Shown here: in pieces, positions 8,687-21,993 of the stretch
How the letters are laid out: every line of letters starts with the position of its first letter
Numbering within the stretch: the stretch's first letter is position 1
Source: Tubulanus polymorphus
Taxonomy: Eukaryota > Animalia > Nemertea
Assembly (NCBI RefSeq): GCF_964204645.1
Contig: NC_134025.1
Span: forward strand, 7,006,001-7,070,000
Direction: 5' to 3'
DNA: 64,000 nt
Position numbers and translations under genes: made by a program
The notes under the pieces: generated by a model
The model's database searches: none
What the model was told of the DNA's origin: nothing
What the model saw: only the letters and a program-made list of their open reading frames with translations

Positions 8687-11593
8687 ATGCCCGAGGTTTC
8701 GATTCAAACCAATGATGATGTGGTGGTCGTGGCGAAACCTCGTCCCGCCGGTAAACCAAAACCTGGAACTATAACTATAGAACTGCCTGCATGGATATTA
8801 TGGGGGCTAGCGGTGCTGGTAGGGGTGGTTGCTGTTGTGTCTGGATGTTTTTGGACGATGTCCAGATATGGGCCGTTTATTTTGGCGCCCGCCGATGTGA
8901 TGGATGACGTCGGAATTGATGGCGTGATGATTTTCCGCAAACACGACCGCGATGACGACGGTGTATTGACTTTAGAAGAATTTGAACCGATTGTTCATCG
9001 ACTACGTGATTTAAACGTAAGTTATCAGTTGAATTCTATCTGTTCACACATTAGCAACCCGTCAGTGGTTTAGTTTCACGATTGGATATTTTCACAAACC
9101 ACTAATAGACCCCTCAGTCTGATATCAAGCCGTTGTTCCCAAAAAGTGAACATTATCTAGTATTCAGACTTTAGGCCCATGATGGTATAAGTCCGACTGA
9201 TTATAAAAGCTTAGCAACGATTAACTAATCAGAGTGGTACCTGCTTAAATCAGAGATTTGAATATAATGATTAAGTATTAGAAACAAAAGATTTCCAAGA
9301 CTTAATATGTTTTTTTAGGAAACAGTCCAATACATCCAGGATATAAAACAGTACGATGAAATACTTACCATAGAAACTGCGTTTATGCCATTCGTTTTAT
9401 CCAGCATGAATAAGAATATGAATGAGCTGGTAAGTATTTATATTATATACCTATTCAGTTCACATTTAAGTTCTATCTGGTAGCGGAATCGTTCCAGCTT
9501 GTATAAAATTTTATTTTCAGTTTGCTGGTACCCTAGACTCATTGTACGGCTTGAAAACGTGGAAAACTGTTAGTGCACCGTGGAAGAACTACGCAGCCCG
9601 ACATTTCTCCGTGTTTATGCCATCGGAAAAAGACTTGACGAACTTGGGCAAAGTTTATAAGATCTACGAATTTAACCCCGGTCCCGACGAGCCGTCGTTC
9701 ATCTCGAGTAATCGCTATTATCCACCGACTGTCGAAAGACGACTGGTCACAATTCATCAGCTGTTAGCCATGTTTCATCCGAGGCCGTTCGTTTACGCGC
9801 GGTTTCAACCACAAGGAGCATACGCATGTGTACGAGCGTACAACGAATTCTTCATAGATATAGAATTTAGGTAGGCAACTAATGTCTATTTCAACTTTGC
9901 TTGAGAAGGCATCAGGTGGCCTAGCTCTGTCAGTTTTAGTAGTACATACCTGATATTGGTCCTAAGAACCAGCAAAGATGGGCATTTGAACTAAAACATC
10001 AATTTTTGATCCATTTTATGCTGCATCGAAGCAAAGTTGAAATAGAAATTAGACAAAAATTGTTAGCAAGCCCAAGTAACTCCTTTTAAGTTTTATGAAT
10101 GACTTTATGCTGTGATATACTGAATTGGAAAACCACTATTTATGTGCAGAATTTGCTTTATTTCTGTTCTTTTTGTTTAGAATACATGCTGAGTTTCAGC
10201 TAAATGAACCACCGTTTTATCCATTTTGGTTCACACCAGCTCAATTCATGGGAAATTTGATCATCAGTAGAGATGGAAAACATGTTGTATATTTCCACAT
10301 GTTTGTTCCCAACGATCGGAAACTCAATGTTGGTGAGTAATGAAGTTTACATTAAAACCATAACAACTATACAGTAAAGCTGATGTAATGATGAAAAATA
10401 TCTGCATTTATTGTTTATGAGTAGACTTTTAAAAAGAATTTCATGAGGGGTTTTAAGTGTAACTGAATGCGCTAACTTTGAACTAATTTAAGACTTGGAG
10501 TGGTTAAACCCTAGAGAATCTGATGCTGATGATCAGAATATGGAAGTCGATATTGGTTTAATCCCGTTGATGGAATTACGATCTACTGACGAATCGCGAT
10601 TCGCTGCCAATAATAGCAAAGGGCAAGATCTACACCTAACGTTCAACAATCGCGATCCAGAACATGTAACAAAAGCTAAGTCTCAACAGTGGCTGGAAGA
10701 GATTGCAGTTGAAAGAGCTAGAAAACACATTGAAATTAGATTTTATCCTTTTAAAAGGGTAAGTTCAGTAGCTAACTCAACAATTGCCATAAATCAAATG
10801 GACTTTTCTCTTAAGTCTTCGATCCCCGGCTACTAAATTCAGCATCTTAGGATGGTGGTTCATTTGTTAAGTAATAAAGCAATTTCCATTTAGGTGCCTT
10901 ATTATAATTTCACGGATGCCTTTAGCAGAGGAGAAATCGAAAAAAAGCCAATACATTCCATACTGCTGTGGGGTGCATTGGATGATCAGAGCTGCTGAGG
11001 TTCAGGGCGGACTCTTCGGGAGACATCTCTCGAGAGCCCGCCCGTTATGTCTTTTCTCAAGGACAAGATGATTAGCACCTGGTCACTGGTAGCTGACGTA
11101 AAAGTAAGTATAAAAAAAGTTCACACGATATTTTGAATTCAAATGAACAGTTATCATTGATGATTAGTTATCATGTAATAGATCATTAAAATCTTTGTTT
11201 TACAGGATGAACATCGATTAAGATCCTAATTCTTATTTTTACAGGAAATTGAGAAAGATCTAACTCGACCAAAGGATGCAATTAGAGCTCAACTGCACAT
11301 GAAAAGCTATGTGTTTCCAGTTATGATGATCGTTGCATTGCCGAATGGTACCGTTATAAACGCACTGAATGCTAATGAATTTATGGATAAAGGTGATAAA
11401 CTTTCCGAAAAAGAAGTCGGGTGAGTTGAGAAAATTGTTTGAAAATCACGAGACCATAAAACTTGTACAAAACTAGAAAAATCATCTGAAATTTTTCTAT
11501 TTCAGGTTTGATATCCCGAATAATGTTTTATATCTAGACTTTCTGAGAGATTCCTACAAAATATTTGAAGACGAATATAAGCATACACTATAG
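8687..11593 (+). CDS. SELENON: Selenoprotein N (ER membrane, EF-hand, SCUG motif), 8 coding exons, Sec UGA at 10996-10998
   Basis: Exons 8687-9016, 9319-9429, 9521-9870, 10181-10332, 10493-10758, 10894-11103, 11245-11420, 11506-11593 are all GT-AG and phase-consistent. N-terminal TM helix, EF-hand [49 protein letters not shown], and [25 protein letters not shown] with the frame open past the TGA. Confidence 0.96.
11005..11043 (+). promoter_or_regulatory. Selenocysteine redefinition element (SRE) hairpin within the coding sequence
   Basis: Begins 6 nt after the UGA. GGGCGG-A-CTCT-T-CGGGAG-(ACAT loop)-CTCTCG-AGAG-C-CCGCCC forms about 16 bp, the same position and architecture as the vertebrate SEPN1 SRE. 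Confidence 0.88.
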
Positions 11594-11756
11594 CAGCAGG
11601 AGCTGGTGTTGTTGTAAAGAAAACAAAAACTAAATATTCATTTATATAAACAAACAACAATTTATCATCAACTATCTATATATCAATGCACAGATCTGAA
11701 TATAATAGACCAAGGGTTTCATGATAAGCTACTGGTTAGCTACTGGGTAATATATA

Positions 11757-12064
11757 CAGTCAACTCTTTGTTATCCAAATTCCATATTGGCCATCCACCA
11801 CATAATTTTCAGAGTACAATTGATGAATATTTTAGATAATATAGTAGAACAAACTTCTCACTACTTTTTGTAAAAGACAGAGTTCAATAAAACAGTTCAT
11901 GTGTTCATAGAAAATGGCTTAATGATGTAATAATACATTTTGAGAGGTCATTTCGAGTGTCTTGAAGAAAATGGAAATTTCTTAGATTCATTTTATCCGT
12001 CACCCTCGATAATCCACCAAAATTGCAGAGGTCCTGATAGTGGTGGATGACAAGGAGTTGACTG
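11757..12064. mobile_element. Tc1/mariner-pogo type MITE (308 bp) in the SELENON 3' UTR
   Basis: Left TIR CAGTCAACTCTTTGTTATCCA versus reverse complement of the right end CAGTCAACTCCTTGTCATCCA (19/21 match), with TA on both flanks. Confidence 0.8.
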
Positions 12065-12593
12065 TAACTCATAATGTAATAATATTCATGAGATTCATTA
12101 TCGTATATACACTGTACTTAGATAGATTTTATAAGTTGCAAGCATATCAGTATCTTGTACCGGTGTAGCCTAGAGAAATTCAATGCAATAGCATATCACA
12201 TTTGAATCAAAATTTTCTTTCTGTTTTATCAAATTAATCAATCATTACTGCTACATTGCACAATTTATTGAATAGTATAATCATGTTTAAGAGTTATTGA
12301 ATGGTTTCATGTGATTTCAATTATTTTTTGCTACCAAACCACTGATAGATTTACATCGAATGTTACTGTTTGATAAAGAGTGATACATGTTGTAGGGTTT
12401 ATCAGCAACAGATGTTAATTTTATAGGAAATTTACATGATATACATAATCGTTTATTCTTTAAAAGCCTTTTTAGAAAATAATGTATACAGTGTACACTA
12501 AAAACACTACTGCTTTGTGATTCAAAGTACATGTACAGGTACTAGCTGTACTAGTCAGTAGTCTTCATTGCGTTAACATTGGGAGGCAGTTAT

Positions 12594-12699
12594 ATGAACT
12601 ATCATTCTCAATTTTTGTGTATGACGTCTTTTCACCTAAAGTACATTCATGTACAGGCTAAAGACTGATGGCTTAACAAGAGATAGAATGATGGTTCAT
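12594..12699 (+). promoter_or_regulatory. SECIS element (eukaryotic type II) of SELENON
   Basis: Helix I ATGAACTATCATTCT / AGAATGATGGTTCAT. Core ATGA (12621-24) and TGAT (12666-69). Helix II GTCTTT..CCT / AGG..AAAGAC. Unpaired AAA at 12638-40. Apical ministem GTACA-TTCA-TGTAC. AATAAA follows at 12700-12705. Confidence 0.93.
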
Positions 12700-15209
12700 A
12701 ATAAACGCTTCTGAAATTTATTGTCTATAGACAATTAACTCCTTGTATCATTCCCAAGTCATTCCTCTTTCCAGGTGCTTCTAGTCACTGTAGCTCCATA
12801 ATTCCCCTCATGACAAAATTGGTCTGTGATTTATAAACTATTTGGAATAATCAGCAGGGGATCTGAGAGAAGCTTTTATTTCTTGAAGGGTCTATGATTG
12901 AAGCTTAAAATTAACTTTATTCAATAGGTATTTAGACCACATTCATGATTTTGCTGATTTTAACATGTAATGTCTTGCCTATTTGCTGCTAACTCTGCAG
13001 CGGTTTTATTTTGAGAATAGATCTGTAAACTGAAGATAAATGAGCAATAAATATACTCTACTTTTACAATATATGTATACTTTTGCTTGTTGAACACTTC
13101 ATAACTGGTTCAAACTCCACTTGATTGAGATCGAAACATCTTTTCCTAAATTGACCGAGTGGATTATAGTCGCCAGTATCGGACTTAAGGCTAAGTTCTG
13201 ACATAACTGTGATTTCAGTGATTACTGTGTGATTTCAGTCTGGGTGATACATACAATGGACTTCTAGACGATTCTTTAAGTGTAAAAGCAGTTTTTGCCA
13301 AATTTTAAATCCTTTTCCTATATACACTGAATTGTATGTCATTGATATGCATTATTAACTTTGAGAAAAAGATGAATATATAGTCATTCCATTATAAATG
13401 ATTTCACTAAACAGGAGGTCCATCAGCCACTTGACATGCACAAGAAGACAGCAAGGAAACATTTTTGTTAAAATATAGAATGTAATTATATTATCTGAAA
13501 ATAGGATCACAGAGAAAAAATATCAACAAGAATTCAAATTAAACAGCATAAATACATATGATGGTACATATCTCTTATGAGATAAGAAAAAAATAATCAT
13601 GATAGTCTTTTATTGAGAAAAATAGATCATATGCATTAACATATGAAAATTACATTCAGGAAAAAAATTGTTAATCTAAAAAATAAGTAGTTTGTACAAG
13701 TATTTCCAGCCTTACTTATGGTTTCTCATGAATAACTAATGTAAAATGACTAGATTAATATCGAAATGCTAGGAAAGCAAAATAATGAAACATCTATAAT
13801 AATCACAAAATTCATAAAAACTGAACTACAAGTTCTCACAAACAGGTAACACATTAGTCCATCCAATGAAAAGTTTCAAACCTGAGAAAGAAATTATGAC
13901 AGAAGCCTGGCAAGGCTGATAGGCTATCCGCTGTGTCATATCACCTCAACACATTTTTGAATCGAGTTAGTGAATTTCAACAACGTCATTTATTAACAAT
14001 GAAACTCGAAAACAAATGTTTATTGATAAGACATTTTTCATCAATTTTAGATTACACTGTTAATTCATCAGGAAATGCAATGACATTCAAGGCATACATA
14101 CATACATTATCTGTACTCATTATCACAACACCCAAATGATAATCTTCATGGAATTTGACATCTAAAATGGAATTTGGGAAAAGCACATTTGCTCTATAAG
14201 TAAACATTGATGAGGCTTGCACAGACTTGGTTTTTGTTATAGATAAATACAGTTAATTCAGTCAACCCTCACTGAAAACATGGGAATTTTTGAAGCCATA
14301 TGTACACAAATAAATTTGAAATGGGAGGTATCTTGATAGTAATTCCTCACATTTTATCATTAACTCGCAGACATAAAGAGACCCAGCTTTGATAACATTC
14401 ACTACCCACAAATTGCTACAATCAATAGAAATAGCTAGTAACGACAGAAAACACTTAAAGAGTACCAATATCATGGAATGATTGTAATAATGTTTCTTTA
14501 AATCACTTTCTAAACAGTTTCCAGCCAAAGAATTACTGTAAAGTATTCTATTCAAATATTATTTTCATTGCCGATATAAAATACATGTATCACTAATGAT
14601 ATATCTACCAGTTTTTATGTATTTCATCTTTTAAACCTATTAGATAAAACAAATTCAAGAATTTTTGAACATTTAAAATTCTTGCATACCAAATAAGGTA
14701 TCTATGTACGCTATCTCAACTGACCGAATAACCCTATATACATCGGAAGCATTGCTTAGGAGAGAAGAGAGCACCAGTTTAAATCTTGCCCCACACTTGA
14801 CAACAAACAACATGAGAATATTTCAGAAGGCTTTTAGTTTACATTCCCTGTTACATACAAATGCTTGTTTAGTTAGTTGTTGGCTTACATACATCCATAA
14901 CTCCATATGTTTATTTTTATCAAAAAGATAGGTGATCAAAAACTAGAATTTTCATCATACAAAATTCTTCTTATCATCCATTCTTTTTGGAGAGCAAAGA
15001 ATTGTCTCTACATTAAAATCATTTACCGTCCATCTATGCCAGAAACAGTACTAGTATCTAAAGTAACTACTGTGTATCAGAAAAATTGAATAATAAAATA
15101 ACCTTAAATTGCTGTTGCAAATGAAACAACATTAATATAATATATCCTTTTACATTATCGCTGATGAAATATCGATGAAACCCATTGACTAGTTCATAAT
15201 GATGATTTG

Positions 15210-18200
15210 TCATGTTTTGGGCGTATAGTCTGGATGTACATTTGTCAGAATGAATAGACCAATATCTTGGTTAGTCCAGTAAGCTGTGTGAGATGTCAAA
15301 ACGGCCAAATAGCTGTTCTCGAGACTTCCTTCTTGCAGTTGATAATCCAATCGATACTCTAAATCTACCACAAAATTAGCGTTGTAGAACAAACAACCAA
15401 GTAGTTTTTAAATCAAACAGTAACAGGACAATTTTAATGAAACTAGTCTTATCTACCTGTATGTTCAGTACTTGTATAGTCTTGAGCGTCTTCCATTTCT
15501 TTAGCATGCATTCTCTTCTCAATTTCCTGGGCGCTGCTTTCAATTCGCTCCATTTCGGCGCTAAGTTCATCTTCAGGTGACTTCTTGCTGAATTTTGCCC
15601 AAACTGAAGCCACGCGATCTGACAAGGAAAAATCAATTGAACAGGGTGAATAATTTACAGATTTTATAATCCAATATGGTTAAATAAAAAGTACGAACAA
15701 AAAGTGCTATTATCAGTTATTGCTGATACACAGAAAGTTGAATGTAACTCTTATTCCAGACTTTTCACTGGGTACTGAGAAAAAGATAAGTGTTATAAAA
15801 AGGTGCAGTAAATGATATTCAAAAATTGAGTCAAAAAGATACAATAAGAATGAAATTGGATATCCAATATTTTCTAGAATTCAAATTCGGTGCTGTGTGG
15901 TAGGTGGACACTAAAAAATTGGGTTTTCTTACCAAGGACACTACCAGGGGGAGGTGTGTCCTCTGAATCGGATGGTGTAGCTGTTCAAGGCAAAATAAGA
16001 TAAGGCAAATAATTAGAAAAAAGCATAGATACTACCACAATGGGGAGAAATATAACTACCAAGAATGCTCAAGTAAGCCATATCTTCAAGAGCTGAGGAA
16101 TTGAAGAGAAAAAAACATTGCACCCATATTTAATTTTGCCACTACACTTATGCATGTTTATTAAGGTACAATAGATTTAACAAACTGCGAGATAGATAAC
16201 ATTCCCAAATGACCCATAAGCTAAACATGAAATGGGGTTAGTAAGGCATGATATTGATTTGATGCTTACCTTCTTGGTAGACATAAATGTACACGTACAT
16301 ATACAGATAAATACATTTATAATAGTACTCATACACTGAATATCAGATTAAGCATATGATGGGTTAAAATTTCTAACAGATGACCTACAACTACATTAGA
16401 CAAATGACAGGAATCACATAAATGTTGATCTTACTCGATATGGATCCTTTTGGTTTGACTTCAGTTGCTTGGTTATTATTGTTCTTTTCATTACTCTCAT
16501 CTTTCCGGTTGTTGGTTGCTTTCGATGATGTCGCCACCTCGGCTTTGATAGACGTGTAAGGTTCAGAGACTTTGGCTGTGTCAACGCGGTGGATTTTCAG
16601 TGGTTTCAATCCGGAATAATGTTTAAGTAGTAACGGTTCTAGCCTATAAGCCTGCAATCAATCATCATACCGGTAGTGTCAGTAAAAGCGATATAGTTTT
16701 GGGAATCGAAACAAGCAATAGAACACCTAGTTCTATTGAATGATTGAATATATTTTTCTTTATGATAGAAAAATTTAAATTTACAACCAAGGTTTCTTAT
16801 GAATTTTTTTATTTTTACAATACAGAGTAATAATGAAATACAGGAGATCCTGAGAAGTCGAAAAGTGACTTATGTGAATTGGAGCCCCTCTGTCTATTGC
16901 ACATAGAAATTGTTATTTGATACATGTATTTACGTACCACAGGATCAGCAGGATGATAGATGTTGAACAATCGGTTACAAATCGTTCTTGGCAGGATGTG
17001 ATCTTGCGTAGCATTACCCTTTGGTCTTACACCTCTCAAAGCCAGAAATACTGCTAATGGAGATCCGAGACAGAAGAAATTTTCAAGCTGAAAATATATT
17101 CATATGTCAACAGTTAGAATCCATATCCATGATAAAAACTTCATCATTTCCTTGACATTTCTAGCGAAGTAAAAACAAAATTGGAGAATTGAGAACATGC
17201 AAACCTTGTCACCAAAATGAGCAAAAAATAAAGATTTATCAAATGGCATTCTATACTAAAGACAAGAAAGCTTATAGATCCATATACCTGCATTTCAAAC
17301 TCACAAGCAAAATCTAGCATAAATCAGATTTGAACTAATTTCTTATACATTACACTAAGCCCATTGTATATTACACCAAACCCTTTAGGAACCAAACCCA
17401 GTATATTGATGGCCATCACCACGCACAAAATGCGAGTTACCTTTGGAAGAGATCGCCACAAAGGCCCCGAAAAAACATTGTTAGGAAAGTTTGCTTCCTG
17501 AAATTCATTCAAATTACATTTCAGTTGGCAGTGTAGATGCCCGACATTCTGGTTGTAATGGGCTGTACACATATAACAACCATGTCATATCACAGCAAAC
17601 TGAGTAAAATTCTTAGATAGACCTACCTTAAACCGCAGTGTTGGCACTTTCAGATGTTCTTTTTCAGCTAAACTCAACAGCTTCATTTCCAGATCAGTGA
17701 CTCTGAAGGAAATGGCAAAACCACAGACTGGTAAATTAGTATAATTTTTCACCATCATATAGCCATAAGAATTACGAAATGAGAAATTTATTCACCGCTT
17801 CCTGGCAGCATCAAGTTCTGTCACCAAATTCGCAGCACCTTCAGTCTTTTGAGTGTTTTTTCCCTATAAGAATTAGTTAGTATATGGTAATATATGGCTC
17901 ACTTTTTCTGACACAAGGAATCTAAATATGGTTTTTAGACCCCAAGATGATATAAAATGAATGATAATTTGCAGGAATTACTTACAATAACATGAGCGAC
18001 ATACTGATCATACATCTGTATAGGATTCCAGCCCATTATGATGTCATACATTATCACGCAACCTAATGAATGTGCGACAATGGACACTTTACCACCATTT
18101 GGTTCAAAATATGGATGCCGTGCGCAGAACATGCTGTATAACCGATTGAGCTCTGTTTGTAAACCGTGAGTTATCTGAAAATGATTACGAATTAAAGATA

Positions 18201-20498
18201 CAAAATGACCTGCAATCGCTTCCAATCGGCTGGAGCTGTATTTTAAGAGGGATTTTGTTGATATCCATACCTCTGATCTATAAAGTGGACTTGTGTAATA
18301 TAATATATCCATGGCACTGCTGTTCAGAATGGTTCTAAGGCCTCTCACTTTGGTTGGTGTAATGGAGTCAACAGTATCTGCAGGAAAAATTGTTAATACA
18401 ATGCCTTGTGATTGAAGGACAACCAATATTTGGAACAATAATTTGAATAAGAATTTGAATTATCACTACAAAAAATTAACGAAGATATGCAGATATCATG
18501 AAACGCATCAGCGTGCAGTGCAATAGACTAAATATACCATTGATGTGCATTCTTAGTACCAGTATGTACGTTAGTAATTTGACAAATAAAGCATATACAT
18601 CATTTAGTCAAATAAAATTCTTATTAGTAGCTTATTACAACTGTAAAGCTATAGACTACCTATTTTTTCAAATAAAAAGAACTACCTATTTTTTTTTCAA
18701 ATAAAAAGAATAAGGCACACATGAAGAATATAATAACATGTTTCCATGCTTGATTTGGTTAAGGCCATACCTTCTGGCCCACAAATATCGTGTTCAGAAC
18801 CATCAATTAATCCTGAAATTATTCATGAATAAATTCCCAGTATATATTTCATCAGATATGTATTGAACGAGCATCAAAATCTTTGAGAAATGTTTGAAAA
18901 GGCAGTAATTGAGTGAATATTATCTTTAGAAACACCATGAGAGATCATATCAGTTTTTCTGGTATCTGACTATCTGGTATCTGATGTCTTCTGACAATAA
19001 TTTCTTTGAAGAGAAGTTATGAATAAAGGAATATCAATTGCACACACTCACCGCCGTCTAATTTCAAGGATGATCTCCATTCAACAGGAAGGTATTCTGC
19101 TCGCTGATTGTCGGAGTCAAGGTCTGGAAAATACTTGGAACGCAGTTTATTCACATTAGCTCTGAGACTATAAACAAAGAATGAAAAAAAAGACAGTTAT
19201 AATCAATTCAAACTGGGATATGAAATATTTCCACTCTTAAACATGTAGAATACTACATGTACGATCAGCTATTCAGTTTTGGTTTAACCTTTTTGGAAAA
19301 ATTGAACAATTTCCGATAAGGGAAAGCCACAAAAATGGTAGGTACTGTACACTTACTCCTTACAGCTTCTGATAATACTGCCAGTTTCCATTTTCTGTCC
19401 AATTCCATGGATGACGAATACTAAATGAGTGATATCAGCAGGTTTATCATCAGGTCTCGCCTCCATGTAATATCCTCGATACAATCGTGTTCCACCTTTA
19501 AATAATAACGATACTTAAGCATAATATAAGTTGAAGACAACGACAAACTCTTCCCGACTGAGAAATGATGAGTCTTTTTACCAGCGCTTTTTTGTATTCC
19601 TAATCGATGACCAACTGATCGGACCAGTCTCGAGGACGTTGCTTCACTAAACATGTATATTTCATTGACTGCGTACCAATCAACATGGAATTCTTTGAAC
19701 TTCATATGATGAATAACTGAATTCATACAAAAATAAGCGTTCAAAATTGCAACTTTAATGCAGTTCATGCACTAAAAATTCCAAGGGTAAGCTTGTATTT
19801 ATCTACCTTTTTTCTGCCCTTTTTGTGGCGCAACTGGATTTTCTGTTTGAAATTTCTGATGTTCGAAATTAGATAAATGCTCCGTTTCAATTTGGGCGGC
19901 ATATCCCTCTTCCAACGGTTGCCACGTGCCATCAATAAACCAACAAGCCCTCATTATGGTCGCTGTTTGATTAACAGCTAAAAAACAAAATACAATGCAT
20001 ATATTTAAGAACAAACCGGGTCAAGTAAGATACTTTTTCAATGTTATCTGCAATACCTGTCCAATAAATAGGATAGCACTTATTGCTAACGACATCAACT
20101 TCGTAAAGTCCACCACGAACTACGATCATTTCGATATTATCTTCATGTTTGCCGCCGGTACCAAAATGTAGTTCTCGATACTTGCATTCGATACGCAAAG
20201 AATCGTAACCGATAAACGGTGTCCATTTTTTCGCGCCGTCCTCTTTATAAAACCAGCGTATTTCCTCAGGACCGAGGGCTTCGACGGTATCCGTTACAGG
20301 GTACAGATAACGCCGAAGGTTAGCCATACTAGAGGGTGTATCACCAGGACGTGAAGAAACATCGCTGATCTCAGAGCTTGCCTCGTCCATATAGATGTCG
20401 TCATCGGGAAAATCCGACTCGCTTAATGGATCGCCGAATTGATCCATATCTGAAGATGATATCCTGACCCTTGCATCCCCAAAAGAACTAGGAAACAT
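15210..20498 (-). CDS. DDHD1: DDHD1-like intracellular (phosphatidic acid-preferring) phospholipase A1
   Basis: Exons 20498-20057, 19977-19807, 19716-19582, 19495-19357, 19167-19052, 18377-18271, 18174-17986, 17863-17796, 17702-17627, 17087-16938, 16651-16435, (16092-16060), 15980-15933, 15618-15457, 15364-15210. Motifs RWFY..KKWTPFIGYDSLRIE, VRGGLYEVDV, HLVFVIHGIGQ, PVEWRS, lipase AHSLG, FFCLGSPL, NIYHPADPVAYRLEPL, SHTAYW. Confidence 0.93.
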
Positions 20499-21993
20499 TT
20501 CTGCAATGTAAACATTATGATAATGGATATTTCAATGGATATCTTACTGCAATACTGTAGAGCGCTCATTATGCTTCATATCTTACCATCAATCGAAACA
20601 TTAACTCCAAGCCTAATCTTTCAACTTATTGATGTCAATGTACAGATGATAGAAAAACATAAATTGGCGCTTGCAGTCAGGGTAGTCATTAGACTTCTGA
20701 ATGTTGTAATAATGATTAAACATACAAACACATTAAGAAGTATATGACTGTTAAAGTAGAGGCAACCTGATTCAAATGGTCTTGAATCAGAATGAATAAT
20801 TTTCAGTGGCGTTGGAAGTGCAGCGACTGCAGTGGCGAAAGCCGCGGCAATAATTTAGTGAATGACGTTTTTTTTCTTTGAATACCACGTTTTCAGTGAA
20901 GAAATTAGGTCAATTCGAGGCGGCAAAATTAAGAACCTGTCCAAAATCGGCATTTGGCCGCAGCAATAAAACATTGCTTCCAACGCGCCTGATTTTTGAT
21001 ACGTAATAGTCAATGATTGACAGGTATTAGTTAGTAATTCATTGATGATGAACTGAACGGACGCGTCTGGGCCATCGTCCGTACAGTATGCGAAGCCAAA
21101 TGACAAATTCTATACGCTTAAAATATCTTATCGAAGATACATGCCATCATTATCGCGCGTAGTAAAATAAAGCTTCAATCCAAGTACGGTGATTACATTA
21201 CCTTGTTCAAATAGGATACTTTCAAGGCAAATAAATAAAGGCGAACAAATGTCAAATTAAGGATCGATTAAGATCCACTTTCTAGACGCAATCGCGAGAG
21301 TTGAATACAACTTTCAGACGTACAGCTACCGAAAAATATTTCTTCGCTTCATGTATTTGATGCATACCGGTATGTGCAGCTGATTGTCGGACGCCGGCCG
21401 GTTGGTACCAACAATACGAAATATTAAGTCCATGCCTTAACTATTTAGTCATTTTTTCCATGCATTTGAATTTTCTTTTGGTGATTAAAAACTTAAGAAA
21501 TATCGAATCTCAATTAGCCCTCAAGGATAAGTCTTTGAAGACATATGTAGTCACAGGACAATCGCTGCACTAGTTTTATTTCGATTTAAAAATCAATTAA
21601 CAATTACATGATGTGAGTAAATTGATAACAATATTTAAAGAATTTATGAAAAATAAATGTCATCTTCAAGAACAATAACATCACTGAATGTAAAAATCCA
21701 AATAATCCCTAGCAATCTCGGTTTTAATCTTATTATCTATTCTCCACATCCGAGTGTGGCTTACTACTACCGGTATCCAATAATTGCACATTATGACTAG
21801 CTCTGAATGGTGCTCATTATGCTATTAGTTACATTAAATCATTCCTCCATATTTCACAAGGAAATGCGCAAGGGCAAAAATACTGCAGTTGTGTTCAAAA
21901 AATCATAATACTGATACATAGGAATACTGAGTAATTGGGAAATCACAGGTCTTAACAAAGGCATTCATCCTAGCTTGATTTGGAAACATTATA

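Noticed and set aside
10996-10998. Premature stop or pseudogene in SELENON
   Set aside because: The TGA is at the conserved Sec position, with an SRE and a SECIS present.
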